From Takakia lepidozioides (taxonomy: Eukaryota; Plantae; Bryophyta): a stretch of DNA of 64,000 nt. Position 1 is the stretch's first letter. Each line of letters begins with the position of its first letter. Location: the NCBI GenBank assembly GCA_030704615.1, contig CM060734.1, positions 55,986,001-56,050,000 of the forward strand, given 5' to 3'. The notes beneath the pieces are model-generated. The model was not told the origin of the DNA and ran no database searches. It saw only the letters and a program-made list of their open reading frames with translations. A program made the translations under genes and the position numbers. This document shows, one piece after another, positions 1 through 12,389 of this stretch.

Positions 1-199
1 TTAATAGAATGGTGGAACCGAGGAAGAGTTGTAAAGCCCAAGATCCTCCTGCACTATAGGTTTTCCAGCTATGTAGGATTTGTTCGATTTTGGGAAATGT
101 GAAGGAATACAGCACTAAAGGACTGCCTAACTATTTTGGGAAAACAGAGAGATTACACGATACATGATTCACACACATAAGTTTGCTGTAAGCCCAGAG

Positions 200-2815
200 A
201 ATGCCTTTACTTGTGCACCAATCTTCACACTCTGTCTGACTGAACCCAGCAGAGATACCAAACTTATATATTCTCCTACCCCACAACGTGTCCGGCAAAT
301 CTCCTGATGAATAGGTTGCTCAAGTGCAAGCACGCGCTTGCAAGGAAGGATTTCATCTGCTTGTTGAGGGAACCACTTTCTTTCTTTCATACTTCTCCCT
401 GATGATAGAATCTTGCAGCCTAATTACTTATTTGCACCTTTATCTTCCTCTCTTTTGAGGGCGGTGGGGCAATTCAGGGTGGGCTCCCACAATTTACAGG
501 TAGAGACTAGTAGATGGGAAAACTTGCATCGAGAAGACCGCCTATACCCAGCATGCACTGGGCCCAACTGTTGTATCGAAACTGAAGAACATTTCTTCTT
601 TTATTGCCCTCTTTACTATAAGATCCATGGGAGATTTACTGTCTCTTCTCTGAAACCCAATCTCTCACTGAAGTCTTCCATTATGAGGATCAGAAATCCT
701 TGGCAGCTTTTGTGCACAAAGCTTTGACACCCTTAGGCAATCCCTTGAGCAGAAGTAGTTGCTTTTGGGCTGCTTCTGGCTCCACTCTGTATTTTATTCT
801 TTCTTGTTTCTTGCTTTCTTTTGTTCCGGAAGCTCTACGAGCTTTCTGCGGACGTTATAGAGTTCCATTTCATTCATTTCTTTTTACTTGAGCTTCCTTG
901 GACACTCTAAAGTTCCTTTCCTTGCTTAAAGTACCATTTCTTTTCTTTGCTTCTTACTTGTTTTGCAGAACTTCCAGATCCGGACAGGCAGCACCTTGAA
1001 AAACTGCATTCGGATACGATTTGCCCAGCTTGCATGTTAAGTTACTTGCATGGCTCCTCTGCATGTTATGAAGGTCATTTCTCTTCTCTCCCGCTATCTT
1101 CTCTTCACACTCATTTGGTTCTCTTGTAGTTCTACCGTGTTCCATAGGCTCTATGGGACTCCTTGGACATTTAATATGTTGTACCCTCTTTATCGCTCGA
1201 CTGATGTGTCTGTCTCGTGTCCTCCCTCCTCCCCATTGAATTCATACTTGCAAGACTGCATCCATTCCCAAGATTCGCTTCTCCATCTATGATCCCCTCT
1301 CATGTCTTCATTTAGCCACACAATGCAAGTGACAGGCCTGCAGCTGAGCATTGATGCTAATCACCTGCTCATAACAATTTCAATACCAGCACGTCTCCAG
1401 ATAGATGACAGAGATAACTGGGACATTTAGGTGTTCAGTTTACAATGCTTATCGCGGCGAATACACAGCACCTGTTCTGTAAATACAGGCCCCTATTCTG
1501 AAAGTAAGAGAGAGAGAGAGTTTTGCACACAGGGACGCACCACAAGGAGAGATACCTCATGAGACATGAGTTGCACCACGGACACCATCCAGAAGGTCTT
1601 CAACCAAATTCCCCACTTCAAAGTTGTATTCACATAGCGGAGCCTGTGACCCACCTCCCGGTGGATGTCAAAATCTTTTTGTGTATTCACATTCAATAGT
1701 GCTGGCTCAGAAACTTTGTTCTATCGGAACCCAAGGTTCCTACTCAAGTCCCCTAAATGGAACCAAAGGTTTGCATCTTAGTACAGACCAGACAGCAAGG
1801 TTAGAACTCATTGCATGGAGCCCAGCTGTTAAAATGTTTTACAAAAATGATTGTTGGAGTAGTTGCTAGCAAAGCATACCTTAACAGATTCTTTTCAATT
1901 TGGATCTAGTCGCTTGTTGCATTTTTGAGAAATAAGATTTTACCTGAATGTAAGAGATATGGTATTCCAGTTTCCCAAGATGTCCAATCAAATCCCCTTT
2001 TCCTTGCAGAGCATCATAAGGAAAAATCTGCCACATGAATTCAGCTCTAAAGAGGATAACGTTGTCACCTTAAACAAGGACTATTCTCATTTCTGGCATC
2101 AACTTGGCTGCAATGCACTTCCCTCCGGCCAACACTAAGGGTGACTGTGGGGTTGGTTTTGTTGGAAGTTACCTTCCAGGGCATGATGGGGAGATTTCAC
2201 TGAGGTGTTGCGTTGGAACAGCAGCGGGGAGCCCCCATCCAACCCATCAATGCCATGAGCATTGTGTAGAACCATCTTACACTTGGCCTTGTCCAGGAAT
2301 AGTACCAGCAGAAAGAACCTCTTCAGAATCACTTTGCCCAAAGACTCATAATCCCCATTGCGGTACATCCTTCGACAGACCTGTAATGCAGATTTATGAA
2401 ATACAAAATACAAGCTGCCTTTTGACTTCAATCTAGCAGACCATCACCTTCAGATGTCATGCACAGCTTCCTTTTTGCCAGGAAACAAGGTAGAATGCTT
2501 GTGCCCAAAAGAATGGAGACTAACTTGTTTGAGGCATACAGCCTTGCAAGGCTGGCGTCTGCAAAGAAGTGCCTCTCTAGAAGCACTTCCAACAGGGCAT
2601 TCTTACAAGTTTGGCTTCCTTTGTCTTTCACTTCATCAACCACCAGCAGCCTATCCTTAGGAAGGAGGGCAGTGTGACCAAGCACCACACCCAAGCCCAG
2701 CCACAGCCATGCTGGATTATAGTTCAATAGCACTTGTAAGGCCTTCTCATGCATGGATACGTCCGCAAGAACTGCACAGTTTGCTTCATCCTCATTCTGC
2801 CTTGTCTCCATGCTG
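200..2815 (-). pseudogene. Abnormal spindle (ASP/ASPM)-like calponin-homology protein, 5'-truncated and frameshifted
   Basis: Exon remnants KALQVLLNYNPAWLWLGL..LERHFFADASLARLYASNKLV, MYRNGDYESLGKVILKRFFLLVLFLDKAK..GIDGLDGGSPLLF and EYNFEVGNLVEDLLDGVR match the plant ASP CH region. Several frameshifts; probably continues beyond the left edge. Confidence 0.8.
420..885 (+). mobile_element. 5'-truncated non-LTR retrotransposon 3' end (CR1/L2/RTEX-like), within the ASP remnant
   Basis: GQFRVGSHNLQVETSRW..R..C..C..IETEEHFFFYCPLY is the C-terminal zinc-knuckle region of these LINEs; short CATT-repeat tail at about 866-880. Confidence 0.7.
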
Positions 2816-2972
2816 CATGGCCACAATTATATTGATAATCTGGGAAGGGGGGACAGTCTGAAAGACGTAGAATAAACATTGAGACAAAATGACTGCAACT
2901 CCACATCCATTATATATGCAAAATCCCAACCGGAATAGCAAGTGGAGTTGTTCCATACCTTAGCCCGCTGCA

Positions 2973-5900
2973 TCATAATGGAGATAATTTCGTCACACGT
3001 GAATAAGTTACAGCATCTTGCTGGTCCCACTTGCGCATGTATTTCGCTGCACGTTCTGCCACCTCCACATTTCCATGAATTCTGCAGGCACCAAGCAAGG
3101 CCCTCCACACCACAGCATCTGGTTTGGTTGGCATTCTCTTAACCAGGTCCTCGGCCTCATCCAAGTGCCCTGCTCGGCCAAGAAGGTCCACCATGCAGGC
3201 AAAATGCTCCCCACTAGGACTGAGGTCATGATCTCGACTCAAGGAATCCCAGTAGTGTCTGCCTTCATCCACTAGGCCCACATGGCTACATGCATTGAGA
3301 ACACACAAAAACGTGACACCATTAGGCTTCAAACCTTCCTGTTGCATTTGTTTGAATAAATCCAGGGCTTTCCTACCACACCCATGCTGGGCAAATCCTG
3401 CCATCATTGCATTCCACGAGACCACATTTCGTTCAGGCATATTGTCAAACACTTGATATGCATCCTCTATGTTCCCACATTTGGCATACATGGCGACAAG
3501 GGCAGTTTCTAGGACAATATTTCGAACAATTCTGGACTTCAGGAGGTCAGCATGGACCTCTTTACCCTTCTCCGATGCTGCGAGGCTGGCGCACACATTT
3601 AGAACGCAAACGAATGTGACCTGATCAGGCATCACCCCTTCCCGTGTCATCTGCTCATACGTCTGCAAAGCATCCCTACCAAACCCATGCTGGGCATATC
3701 CTGCCATCATTACATTCCATGAGACAACATCGTGTTGAGCCATATTGTCAAACAGTCGACGCGCATCATCTATGCTCCCACATTTGCCATACATGTCGAT
3801 GAGGGTATTCTCCAGAACGATATCTGGCACAATTCCAGCTTTCATAATGTCCATATGGACCTCTTTTCCCTTTTCTAGGGCTGCCAGGCTGGCACACGCA
3901 TTGAGAACAGCAACAAATGTGACCTGGTCAGGTGTCTCCCCTTCCGCTATCATTTGCTCATAAGTCTGCCAAGCCTGCATCCCACACCCATGTAGGGCAT
4001 ATCCTGCTATCATCACACTCCATGAGACCACATCTCGTTGGGCCATATTGCCAAACACTCGACTCGCATCATTAATGCTCCCGCATTTGGCATACATATT
4101 GATCAAGGCAGTGTCCAGAATGACATTTGGCACAATTCCAGCTTTCAGGATGTCAGCATGGACCTCTTTGCCCTTCTCCAGGGCTGCCACACTGGCACAA
4201 GCATTGACAACTGAAACAAATGTAACGTGGTGGGGTATCAGCCCTTCCCGTATCATCTGCTCGTAGGTCTGCAAAGCCTCCCTACCACAACCATGCTGGG
4301 CATATCCTGCTATCATTGCATTCCATGAGACCACATCTCGTTGAGCCATATTGTCAAACACTCTCCGAGCATCATTTATGCTCCCACACTTGGCATACAT
4401 GTCAACCAGGGCAGTGTCCAGAATAACATTTGGCACAATTCCAGCTCTCATAATGTCAGCATGGACTTCTTTGCCGGTCTCCAGGGCTGCCAAGCTGGCA
4501 CAAGCCTTGAGAAGACAAACAAAGATGACCTGGTCAGGTGTCACCCCTTGCTGTCTCATCTGCTTATATGACTCCAAAGCATCTATATCACACCCATGCT
4601 GGGCATATCCTGCCATCATTGCACTCCAGGAGACCACATTTCGTCGAGCCATATTGTCAAACACTTGACGAGCATAATTTATGTTCCCACACTTGGCATA
4701 CATGGTAACCAGGGCTGTTTCTAGAATGATATCTGGCCCAATCACGGCTTGCATGATGTCAGCATGGACCTCTTTGCCCTTCTCTAGGGCTGCCAAGCTG
4801 CCACAAGCCTTGACGACAGAAACAAATGTGAACTTGTTGGGTGTCATCCCTACCTGTATCATTTGCCCATAGGTCTCCAAAGCCTCCCTACCATACCCAT
4901 GCTTGGCATATCCTGCCACCATTATGTTCCATGTATACATATCTCGTTCACACATTTTGTCAAATATGAGGCGTGCATCTTTGATGCTCCCGCACTTGGC
5001 ATGCATGTCGAGGAGGGTGTTGAGTAGAAAGATGTTTGGCTTGAATCCACTTCGAATAATGTGGGCATGCACCTGCTTTCCCTCTGTTGACCATTTCATC
5101 TTGATGCACTCCTGCAAGAGACAGACATAAGTATCGGTGTCTGCAAAAATGCCCCCTTGGTTCAAAATATGCACTGCAACTTTGAGTTGTCCTGCCTTAC
5201 ACAGTGTCCTGACATCCCGGGAAGTGTAGACTCTCTCCCTCGGCCCGTGCACAAAATCAGTCATCACAGTGGAAGTGGCTGATTCAAGTAAATGTGCTCC
5301 CCCTGCTTCCAGCTGACCTTCTACCCATGCAGGTGTCGTGCAGCCATCAATCCACAGTGCCTTGTTGGTACTCCTGTGCTTGAAATCTGGTCCTCTAGGA
5401 TGGATCTGTACGCACACTCATCCACACCTCCTTCACCTCCCCAACAGAAATGCCTAGATCCTTCCTCTCTCTGCCAGTAGCTGAAATTGATAAATCCGTA
5501 ACTTACATAGGGAGCACAACAACCACAACCACAATGACCTACCAAAGCTAGCTCCCAGGCTGTAACTGCTGGCAAGACTAAAGACTAAAACAGGTGGTTG
5601 AGCCAGGGAGGAAAAATGAAGAGTTGTAACAAAATTTTCAATGCATCATATTGTTTCTGCTGTAACATAACAGGCATTCACCTTTCTGCCTCGATTGTCC
5701 CACCATTGACTGGAGTCTGAAAAATATTCAGCCCAAAGCTTCTTCTCATCTCTAGTTCTGCTTTTCGGATGTTTGCCTGCAATCCCAGTAACTGTTCCAG
5801 CAACAGTCACATGTGAAAACTCAGACCCACAACAAATCCACTCGGACCTAGCAAAGCCCATTACAAGAAACAAGTGTACACAGTACTTAGGCAAAACCCT

Positions 5901-6151
5901 TGTGCAAAGGACCAGAAAGGAACAAACTCACAGCTGTCATCCAATCCATTAGATGTAGGTTGAAACAACCCTAAATATGCTGGAGGAGGAGGATACTCTC
6001 ACCAAGTCCTGAATCTACTTTCATCTTACTTGCCTTTAGCTCCATCCAGCCCTTTCAATACACTCTCCACCCAGCCAGGTTCCTTGTAGCTATCAATCCC
6101 CAGTGCATCATTGGTACTCTTGTGCTTGAATTCTGGTCCTCTCAGATGGAT
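2973..6151 (-). CDS. PLS-class PPR protein with two N-terminal OSB-type PDF motifs and truncated E2, no DYW. Exons 6151-6034, 5776-5682, 5405-2973; 5' exon(s) not found
   Basis: About 20 P/L/S motifs in 101-aa triplets ending P2-L2-S2-E1 (VVWRALLGACRIHGNV). The spliced N-terminus reads IHLRGPEFKHKSTNDALGIDSYKEPGWV..GKHPKSRTRDEKKLWAEYFSDSSQWWDNRGRK|IHPRGPDFKHRSTNKALWIDGCTTPAWV, in frame using one GC-AG and one GT-AG intron. Confidence 0.85.
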
Positions 6152-6708
6152 CTGCAACCACACTCCATCCCTGCCTCCTTCCGCTATCCTTGCGAGGATC
6201 ATTAGGCCACAAACAGACAAAGCCCCAAAAAAGCAAACACGGGGTCAGGGTGCAGACAAGCATCCTGATTTCTTCAACTTCGAAACAACATAACTTTGTG
6301 TACTCTTCATGACATCAAGTAGTTCCAAGTGTGCTTGAATGCCCCGGACGATGTGAGGCATCTTATAAATTCTACCCGGGGATAAGAAGGACAAGAATGC
6401 ACCGTTAGTCCATCATTAGATGTACGGTCATAGGTCCTTCTACCTATTCCAGTGTACTGCTTTTACGTTTAATAGCAGCCGGTTCAGTAATATTAGAATC
6501 TTCGTGAGCTTGTAATATCCAGCAGTGCTGAATAGAAGCATGATGTTTGATTGACTGTTGTCTCTCTCGCTCTCCTTTTGGTGGAGAAGCAGAAATGGTC
6601 CACGAGAGAGAAGGATGTAGTTATTTTCGGTAGTGATCAGAACAGAAGGATGTGTATAACACACGATGATATGCAACAGTGAATACGTACATACACAGTG
6701 GGCAAGCA

Positions 6709-7494
6709 TGTTATGATTGAACAATAAACAATACTTCCTAAGTTTTCTGGTTTACTTTTACTGTGTCTGCTTCTGCTGCTCTCTCTCCTTCTCCGACCTT
6801 CGTCGAAGGCAGGATCCAGGTAGGGTGTAGGATCCAAGAGCATGAGATGCTGAAGAGAATGCCATAACACCCAAATTCCCACAGGATTCAGCCTGAACCT
6901 TGGGTTGCGATTGATGTTTTATGTTCCAGATCCCTCTCTCGATGTTGAGCGCCACGTTCCGGGAGGGCTACGACGAGATTGGTAGCATCCAGGTGCCGGG
7001 TGACAGGTGGGTGCATTTTCATGTTCCTCTATCGGCTCTTCTTTCCGTGCCTGTGTGAAATGGGAGAAGCCATACTCCCAACTCGGCACCACTGCCAAAA
7101 TAGCTGGGATGGAGTACAATGTTGGAATTGCCTCTTTTCTGCAGATTTGTATGCTCTGGGCACCCACCACTGGGTCTACTTGCAATGTCATGGCAATCTG
7201 GACCTTCAGCAGGTCAGGGCGACTTGAAATGAAAAGTAGTGCTACTTCTCAAAGGATTGTTGAGATGCAATGCCGAAGGATGGACAAATAGAAGGAGGAT
7301 GTACTCGTTTGACGTATCTTAGAAATGGACATTGTTGAAGAAGGCAGTTTTGGTTCGATGTGCAACCTCTTACAGCAACCCTGAGGCCAATGTCCGAACC
7401 AGAATTGTAAGTGCGAATCCCTAAAATTGGCCTGAAATAGACTGCTGGACTTGGGATACCCTGTGTGTAACACACTCCCCTCTTATTGAGGGGA
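6709..7494 (-). mobile_element. Possible orphan 3' LTR with polypurine tract
   Basis: On the minus strand AAGAGGGGAGTG directly precedes TGTTACA (7472); a matching TAACA terminus lies at 6709. No TSD and no internal domain seen. Confidence 0.3.
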
Positions 7495-7501
7495 AATTCC
7501 T

Positions 7502-10500
7502 ATGGGCATAGGACTTAGCAGCGCTGGTGCCGCTGCACAGTCCACCTTGGCATCCTCCTCTCAGTCCACAGTTCCCCAAGCACAGCCAAGCACAGCAAGC
7601 CCGCCACGCATCGGAGCTGGACGATATGGACGGGATACTGGCCTACGAAGCTCTGTCTCTGTTCCGGTATTCGGTACATACTGGAAAGCCGTTCCTCCTC
7701 CAGGGATTCCTGCTGGGCCTAAGGCATTCTCGGTCCCGCCACCCCTCTCACCTTCACAGCTGCCCAAGGAAGGATCTTTGCATCCAAGAGCACCTACAGT
7801 TGGCAGGACTGGCAATGGGGGAGGCAATTTGTTGCCTGGAAACCATGCACCCAGCCCTCGCTGGTGGTCAAAGGGCGGGGCAAGCCTTGGGCTAGTGGCA
7901 CTGGCGGTAGGGTTACTATATCTTGGGTATCTTTTAGGCAGGATGCATCAACAGAAGGAGGCGCTGCAGTTTGCCATTGTAATTGACGGTGGGAGTACTG
8001 GCACACGCGCGCATGTGTATTCCTGGGTGCACTCCCCCAAGGAACCACTTCCGGTTATGGTGAAGCCAACCTATGAACGCAACATTGGGGCACCTTTGCA
8101 CGGTATTTCTGGCCAGCGGTTGTATAAGCGAGTGGAGACAGAGCCTGGTTTAGACAAGATGTTGCACAATGATACTGGCGTGAGAGATGCCCTGGTGCCG
8201 CTGCTAGACTGGGCAAGAAAACAAATTCCTACACAGGCCCATCGAAGCACACATGTCTTTCTTTTTGCTACTGCAGGACTTCGGAGGTTACCTCGTGAGC
8301 AGAGAGAGTGGATCCTTGACAAGGCATGGTCAATCCTGCAGAAGTCACCCTTCAGGTGTAGAAGGGACTCAGTGAAGGTTATTACTGGGGTGGAGGAAGC
8401 ATACTATGGGTGGATAGCCCTCAACTACAATTTTGGCAAATTAGGACACACACCCAAGCTGCCCAACTTTGGTGCTCTAGATCTAGGAGGCTCTTCCTTT
8501 CAGGTGACGTTTGAACCAGATAAGGCACCTGTGGGAGACTATGGAGTGAATTTGAGTATTGGGACAACTGAGCACCACCTGTATGCAGTTTCGCATACTG
8601 GCTTTGGTCTCAATGATGCATTTGAAAAGTCAGTAGTGCAACTGTTACGCCATTCACCTGCTACTAAAAATGGGGTGGTGGTGGTGAAGAATGGCCAGGT
8701 GGAAGTGGAGCATCCTTGCCTACACAAAGGGTACCGGCAGCCATTTGCATGCTCCACTCATTGCATGCTTCCACCTCTGGCTGCTGGGGAGCCCTACGTC
8801 GTCAGTGGGAGTCCTGGGATTGATGGAGACAACGTTGCCCAGGTGGAATTGAAGGGAGCTCCAAACTGGGAGGCCTGCCAATCACTTGTGGAGCTAGTGA
8901 TCAACTCCTCTCAAGCCAGTTCATGTCATTTACCCCCTTGTGCACTTGGTAAGCACCAGCCAGCTCACCAGGGTAAATTCTATGGACTCGCAGGGTTTTT
9001 TGTTGTGAACAAATTCTTTGGACTGTCGGCAAGCACGTCTCTTGAGGAATTGTTGCAGAAAGGACAAGAGTTCTGTGAGCTGTCCTGGCAGGACGCCCAA
9101 TTGAGTGTTCCAGCACAACCTGGTGTGGATCGCTACTGCTTCCGAGCCCCTTATGTGGTTGCACTGCTCCGGTATGGTTTGCAACTTCGCGATGACCAAA
9201 TTGTGATTGGGTCAGGGGATTTTGCCTGGACTCTGGGTGCTGCGTTGTTTGAAGCTAACGCCCTGCGGCCCAGTCAATCAAGGCCCCTGCAGAGTGGACT
9301 GGTCCTGTTTACGAACTCTCGGGTAGCTATGACCATGGGGGTGCTATTGCTGCTGTTGCTGATATTGGTGGTGGTCATGTGTTACCTTGGAGGAATGGTG
9401 CGGCCATGGCGCCGCACCTATTTGCCCCTATTTAATCCTCCCAGTGGTGGCTCTGGTGTATCGAATTGGATGCCTTTGTCACTGCGTGCCCAAGGGCGCC
9501 TCAGCAGCCTTCCAGTTGGTGGCACTGGACGCATCAGTGGTGACCTCCTTGCCCTTACCAACCCTCTTGAGCCTGTGTATCCTAAATGATATCCTTCGAA
9601 ATGAGATTTTTGTCTTCAGTCTTGTGCGTGCACAACGTCATATTTAAATTGAATGCCGTCATGCTCTCAACAGAGTTCCACATGACTAATGGCTTGTGTC
9701 ATCGATGTCAACCTTTTGAAGTGGATCAGTGGGCAAAAACGCTCTGTGTGTTCTAAGTTGTATCCTGACAGCAGCATTTAGTATTTCAGCATTGAGCGGC
9801 AGGTCAAGTGCGCTTGGATGTATCACTACTGTTTTTTGGCACAGATTTTTTGTTGTCCAGGAACTTTAGTGTACTTGTTTTCTTTTTCCTAATCTTTGTT
9901 GACATTTCTGATGGAATTCAAATATCATATTACTTGGTTATCCAGAAAGACTGCTGGCAAACTGCTTGCTTCCAGGTGCCCTTAGTTTTCACTGAGTGTT
10001 TTGAAGCTTCCAGCATTCTATCTGCTGGACTTAACATTTTGACATTTTAGATCTCTTCTGAACCCTAGAGCAGTTCGGTATGGTGGACAGATCAATGTGA
10101 TAAGAAGTGGAGGTATAGTGCCATTCAAACAATGCTAGAACAATAGTGTTGCTGTATGCTGGCCTTTTTGTGTTCTACCACACATAAAACCTGTCATGAT
10201 GCCACGACAAGAAAGTGATGATGGGTGGGGAGAGTTTGCAGGGGAGGGGGGACTGAAGATGCCACATAGCCCAGTTCCAAGCAGAGACAATTATCACAAT
10301 CAAGTATTTGGATCAGGGGGGTCCCCTGGGCCTCTCGCTGAGCGGGAGGGGTTACAGGTGGATGCTATCACAGTAGGGGCTTCACCAGATCGGCACCAAA
10401 TGGGCTCCGTGAAAATGCATCACAAAGGGACACTGCGATTACAGAATCGCCGGACCCAGTCCAGAGAAGACCTGAGTTATAATGAGTTGGACATTAAGGT

Positions 10501-10504
10501 TTGA
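7502..10504 (+). CDS. APY7: GDA1/CD39 apyrase, APY7-like; exons 7502-9539 and 10242-10504
   Basis: Apyrase conserved regions IDGGSTGTR, ATAGLR, GVEEAYYGW, DLGGSS, WTLGA; two TM helices; C-terminal RRTQSREDL. A phase-1 GT-AG intron joins the exons in frame. Confidence 0.9.
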
Positions 10505-12389
10505 GGACTCTCTCAAGAGTGTTGGCCTATTTTTGTTGTCACAGCCCTCAAGCGTGCTTTATATCATTCATACTATTTTTCTCTCTTATAACATCCTTTG
10601 TCCTGTGGTGCCTGCTTATATTTTTCCTGCTGATACATGCAGACTATGAGCATGCCACTCTGGGTTATAATTTGAACTTGTTCCTTCTCTGAAAACTTGG
10701 TCTCAGGCCTTTTCTTCTGCAGAGTGAACTTCAATACGTTCACTGGAAGTACCAAGCACTTACACGGACCGAGTCTTCCAGATTTCTTTTAAGTGGCCAA
10801 GAGGAGATTATGCTTTATTTGGCCACTACGGCTTCCGTACCTTCTTTGGCTTTGTCTCAACTTGTGCAGAAAGGGTTGCAGTTGAGCTCAGCCATTAGTC
10901 TGCTTATTTGGTCTTGAGCTGACTCCATTGTATGTGGTCCATAGCAACTGTACAGAGAGTTGTCTATCCAATCTCTTCTCTGTACTCCTGATAGGGTGGA
11001 TCTGTACTTGGTCTTTCTGAAATTCCACCCCATTATCTTCAGCACGACTCCGATCACCAGCCTCCCCCTCGGATTTTAGGTGAGAGACCAGGCAAGATGT
11101 GTAGTCACAATCTCAAGTGGCAGCCCATGCCTTTTCAGCCAGAAGGCATCAACAACTTGCAGCGACACTCCACAGGCATCACATGTCTTAGAAACTATAG
11201 ATTGACGCACCTGCCACACTCAGTCCCACCGACCTTTCCATGGAGATTCTCAGCCATTTCTCCTGATTAAACTCTGCCCTGCAATTGTGTTCTATTACCA
11301 TCATCACCTTTCCCTACAGTTTCTGAATGAGTGCAGTCAAAGGGACCAATTAGCTGTCGTTCGTCCATCTCTCACTTAGCAAAAGTCATCCATCCAAGTG
11401 ACAATAGAGAAAGTATTCTCTACTCTACTCTTTCTTCGAGCTCCTGGGCCTCAGTATCTCACAGATAACTTCACGTTGAGGTGCCTTATGTTGGGAGTGA
11501 GTGAGAAGGCAGCAGGAGCAGAAATTTGGGTTTTGGCATGTAGACGCTGCATTACTGGGGGATCGACAATTCGTCTATTCCCTGTCCTGAGGTGGTTGCA
11601 TTTCTGCAATCTGAGGGGGCTCCACCCCTTTCACCTGTGATCACTGGTATACTTGAATGACATCCTGTGACCATTTGTACAATTACATGACCAAGCAGTG
11701 AAGAAACTGTGAGATCAATTGTGACCTTCATGCACAAATTTAACTGAAAGATCAGACACCCAGGTTTCCAGGGCTGCACTGACAGTTTGCAGGATGACAG
11801 AAGGGATAAAGAGCTCAGACTCACAAGGCAGCAAAAGGACCATGGCAAGACTGCTTTAACAGGATTAGGCCACAAAAACTATATCAAGAATTTGAGCTGT
11901 ACAGTACAAAGGAAACCAAAGAATGGCTAGTACTAACTACACAAGCTAAGTTTACTTGGATCCGAAACTGGCATCACTAGCTGCTACTTGCATTGCAGCG
12001 AGCCTCAAGTGAAGGTAGGTCTAGACAGAACACCCTCGTCGTTACTTAATCTCACTATGACATGAAAACAACTTCCGCCAGCGTTATGAATGCCAGGAGA
12101 ACCTCTTCGAGGCTTCCAGAATCATATCCAGTTCTAAAACTCTCATGCCTTTGACCGTCTTTGGCAGCTTCCTTGATGCTCTACAGCCCCCACACTGTTT
12201 TAGAACTGGGGCTACCCTTAGCTATGAGTATCAGGACATAGTAGTTATGTTGCTCCTGAGAAGCTACACAACACACTCAGGATCCGAAAGAGACTAGGTC
12301 CATCACGCAAACGGATGACACAACCCCAACCGCAGAACTGCCCACGTCCAAGGAGACAGACTTGAAATCTTCAACCTTGACACTCAACA

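Noticed and set aside
3745-5130. Repeated plus-strand ORFs (MSNTLRAS..)
   Set aside because: Antisense shadows of the PPR repeats.
10760-11900. Short ORFs downstream of APY7, possible decayed TE
   Set aside because: No recognisable motif to support a call.
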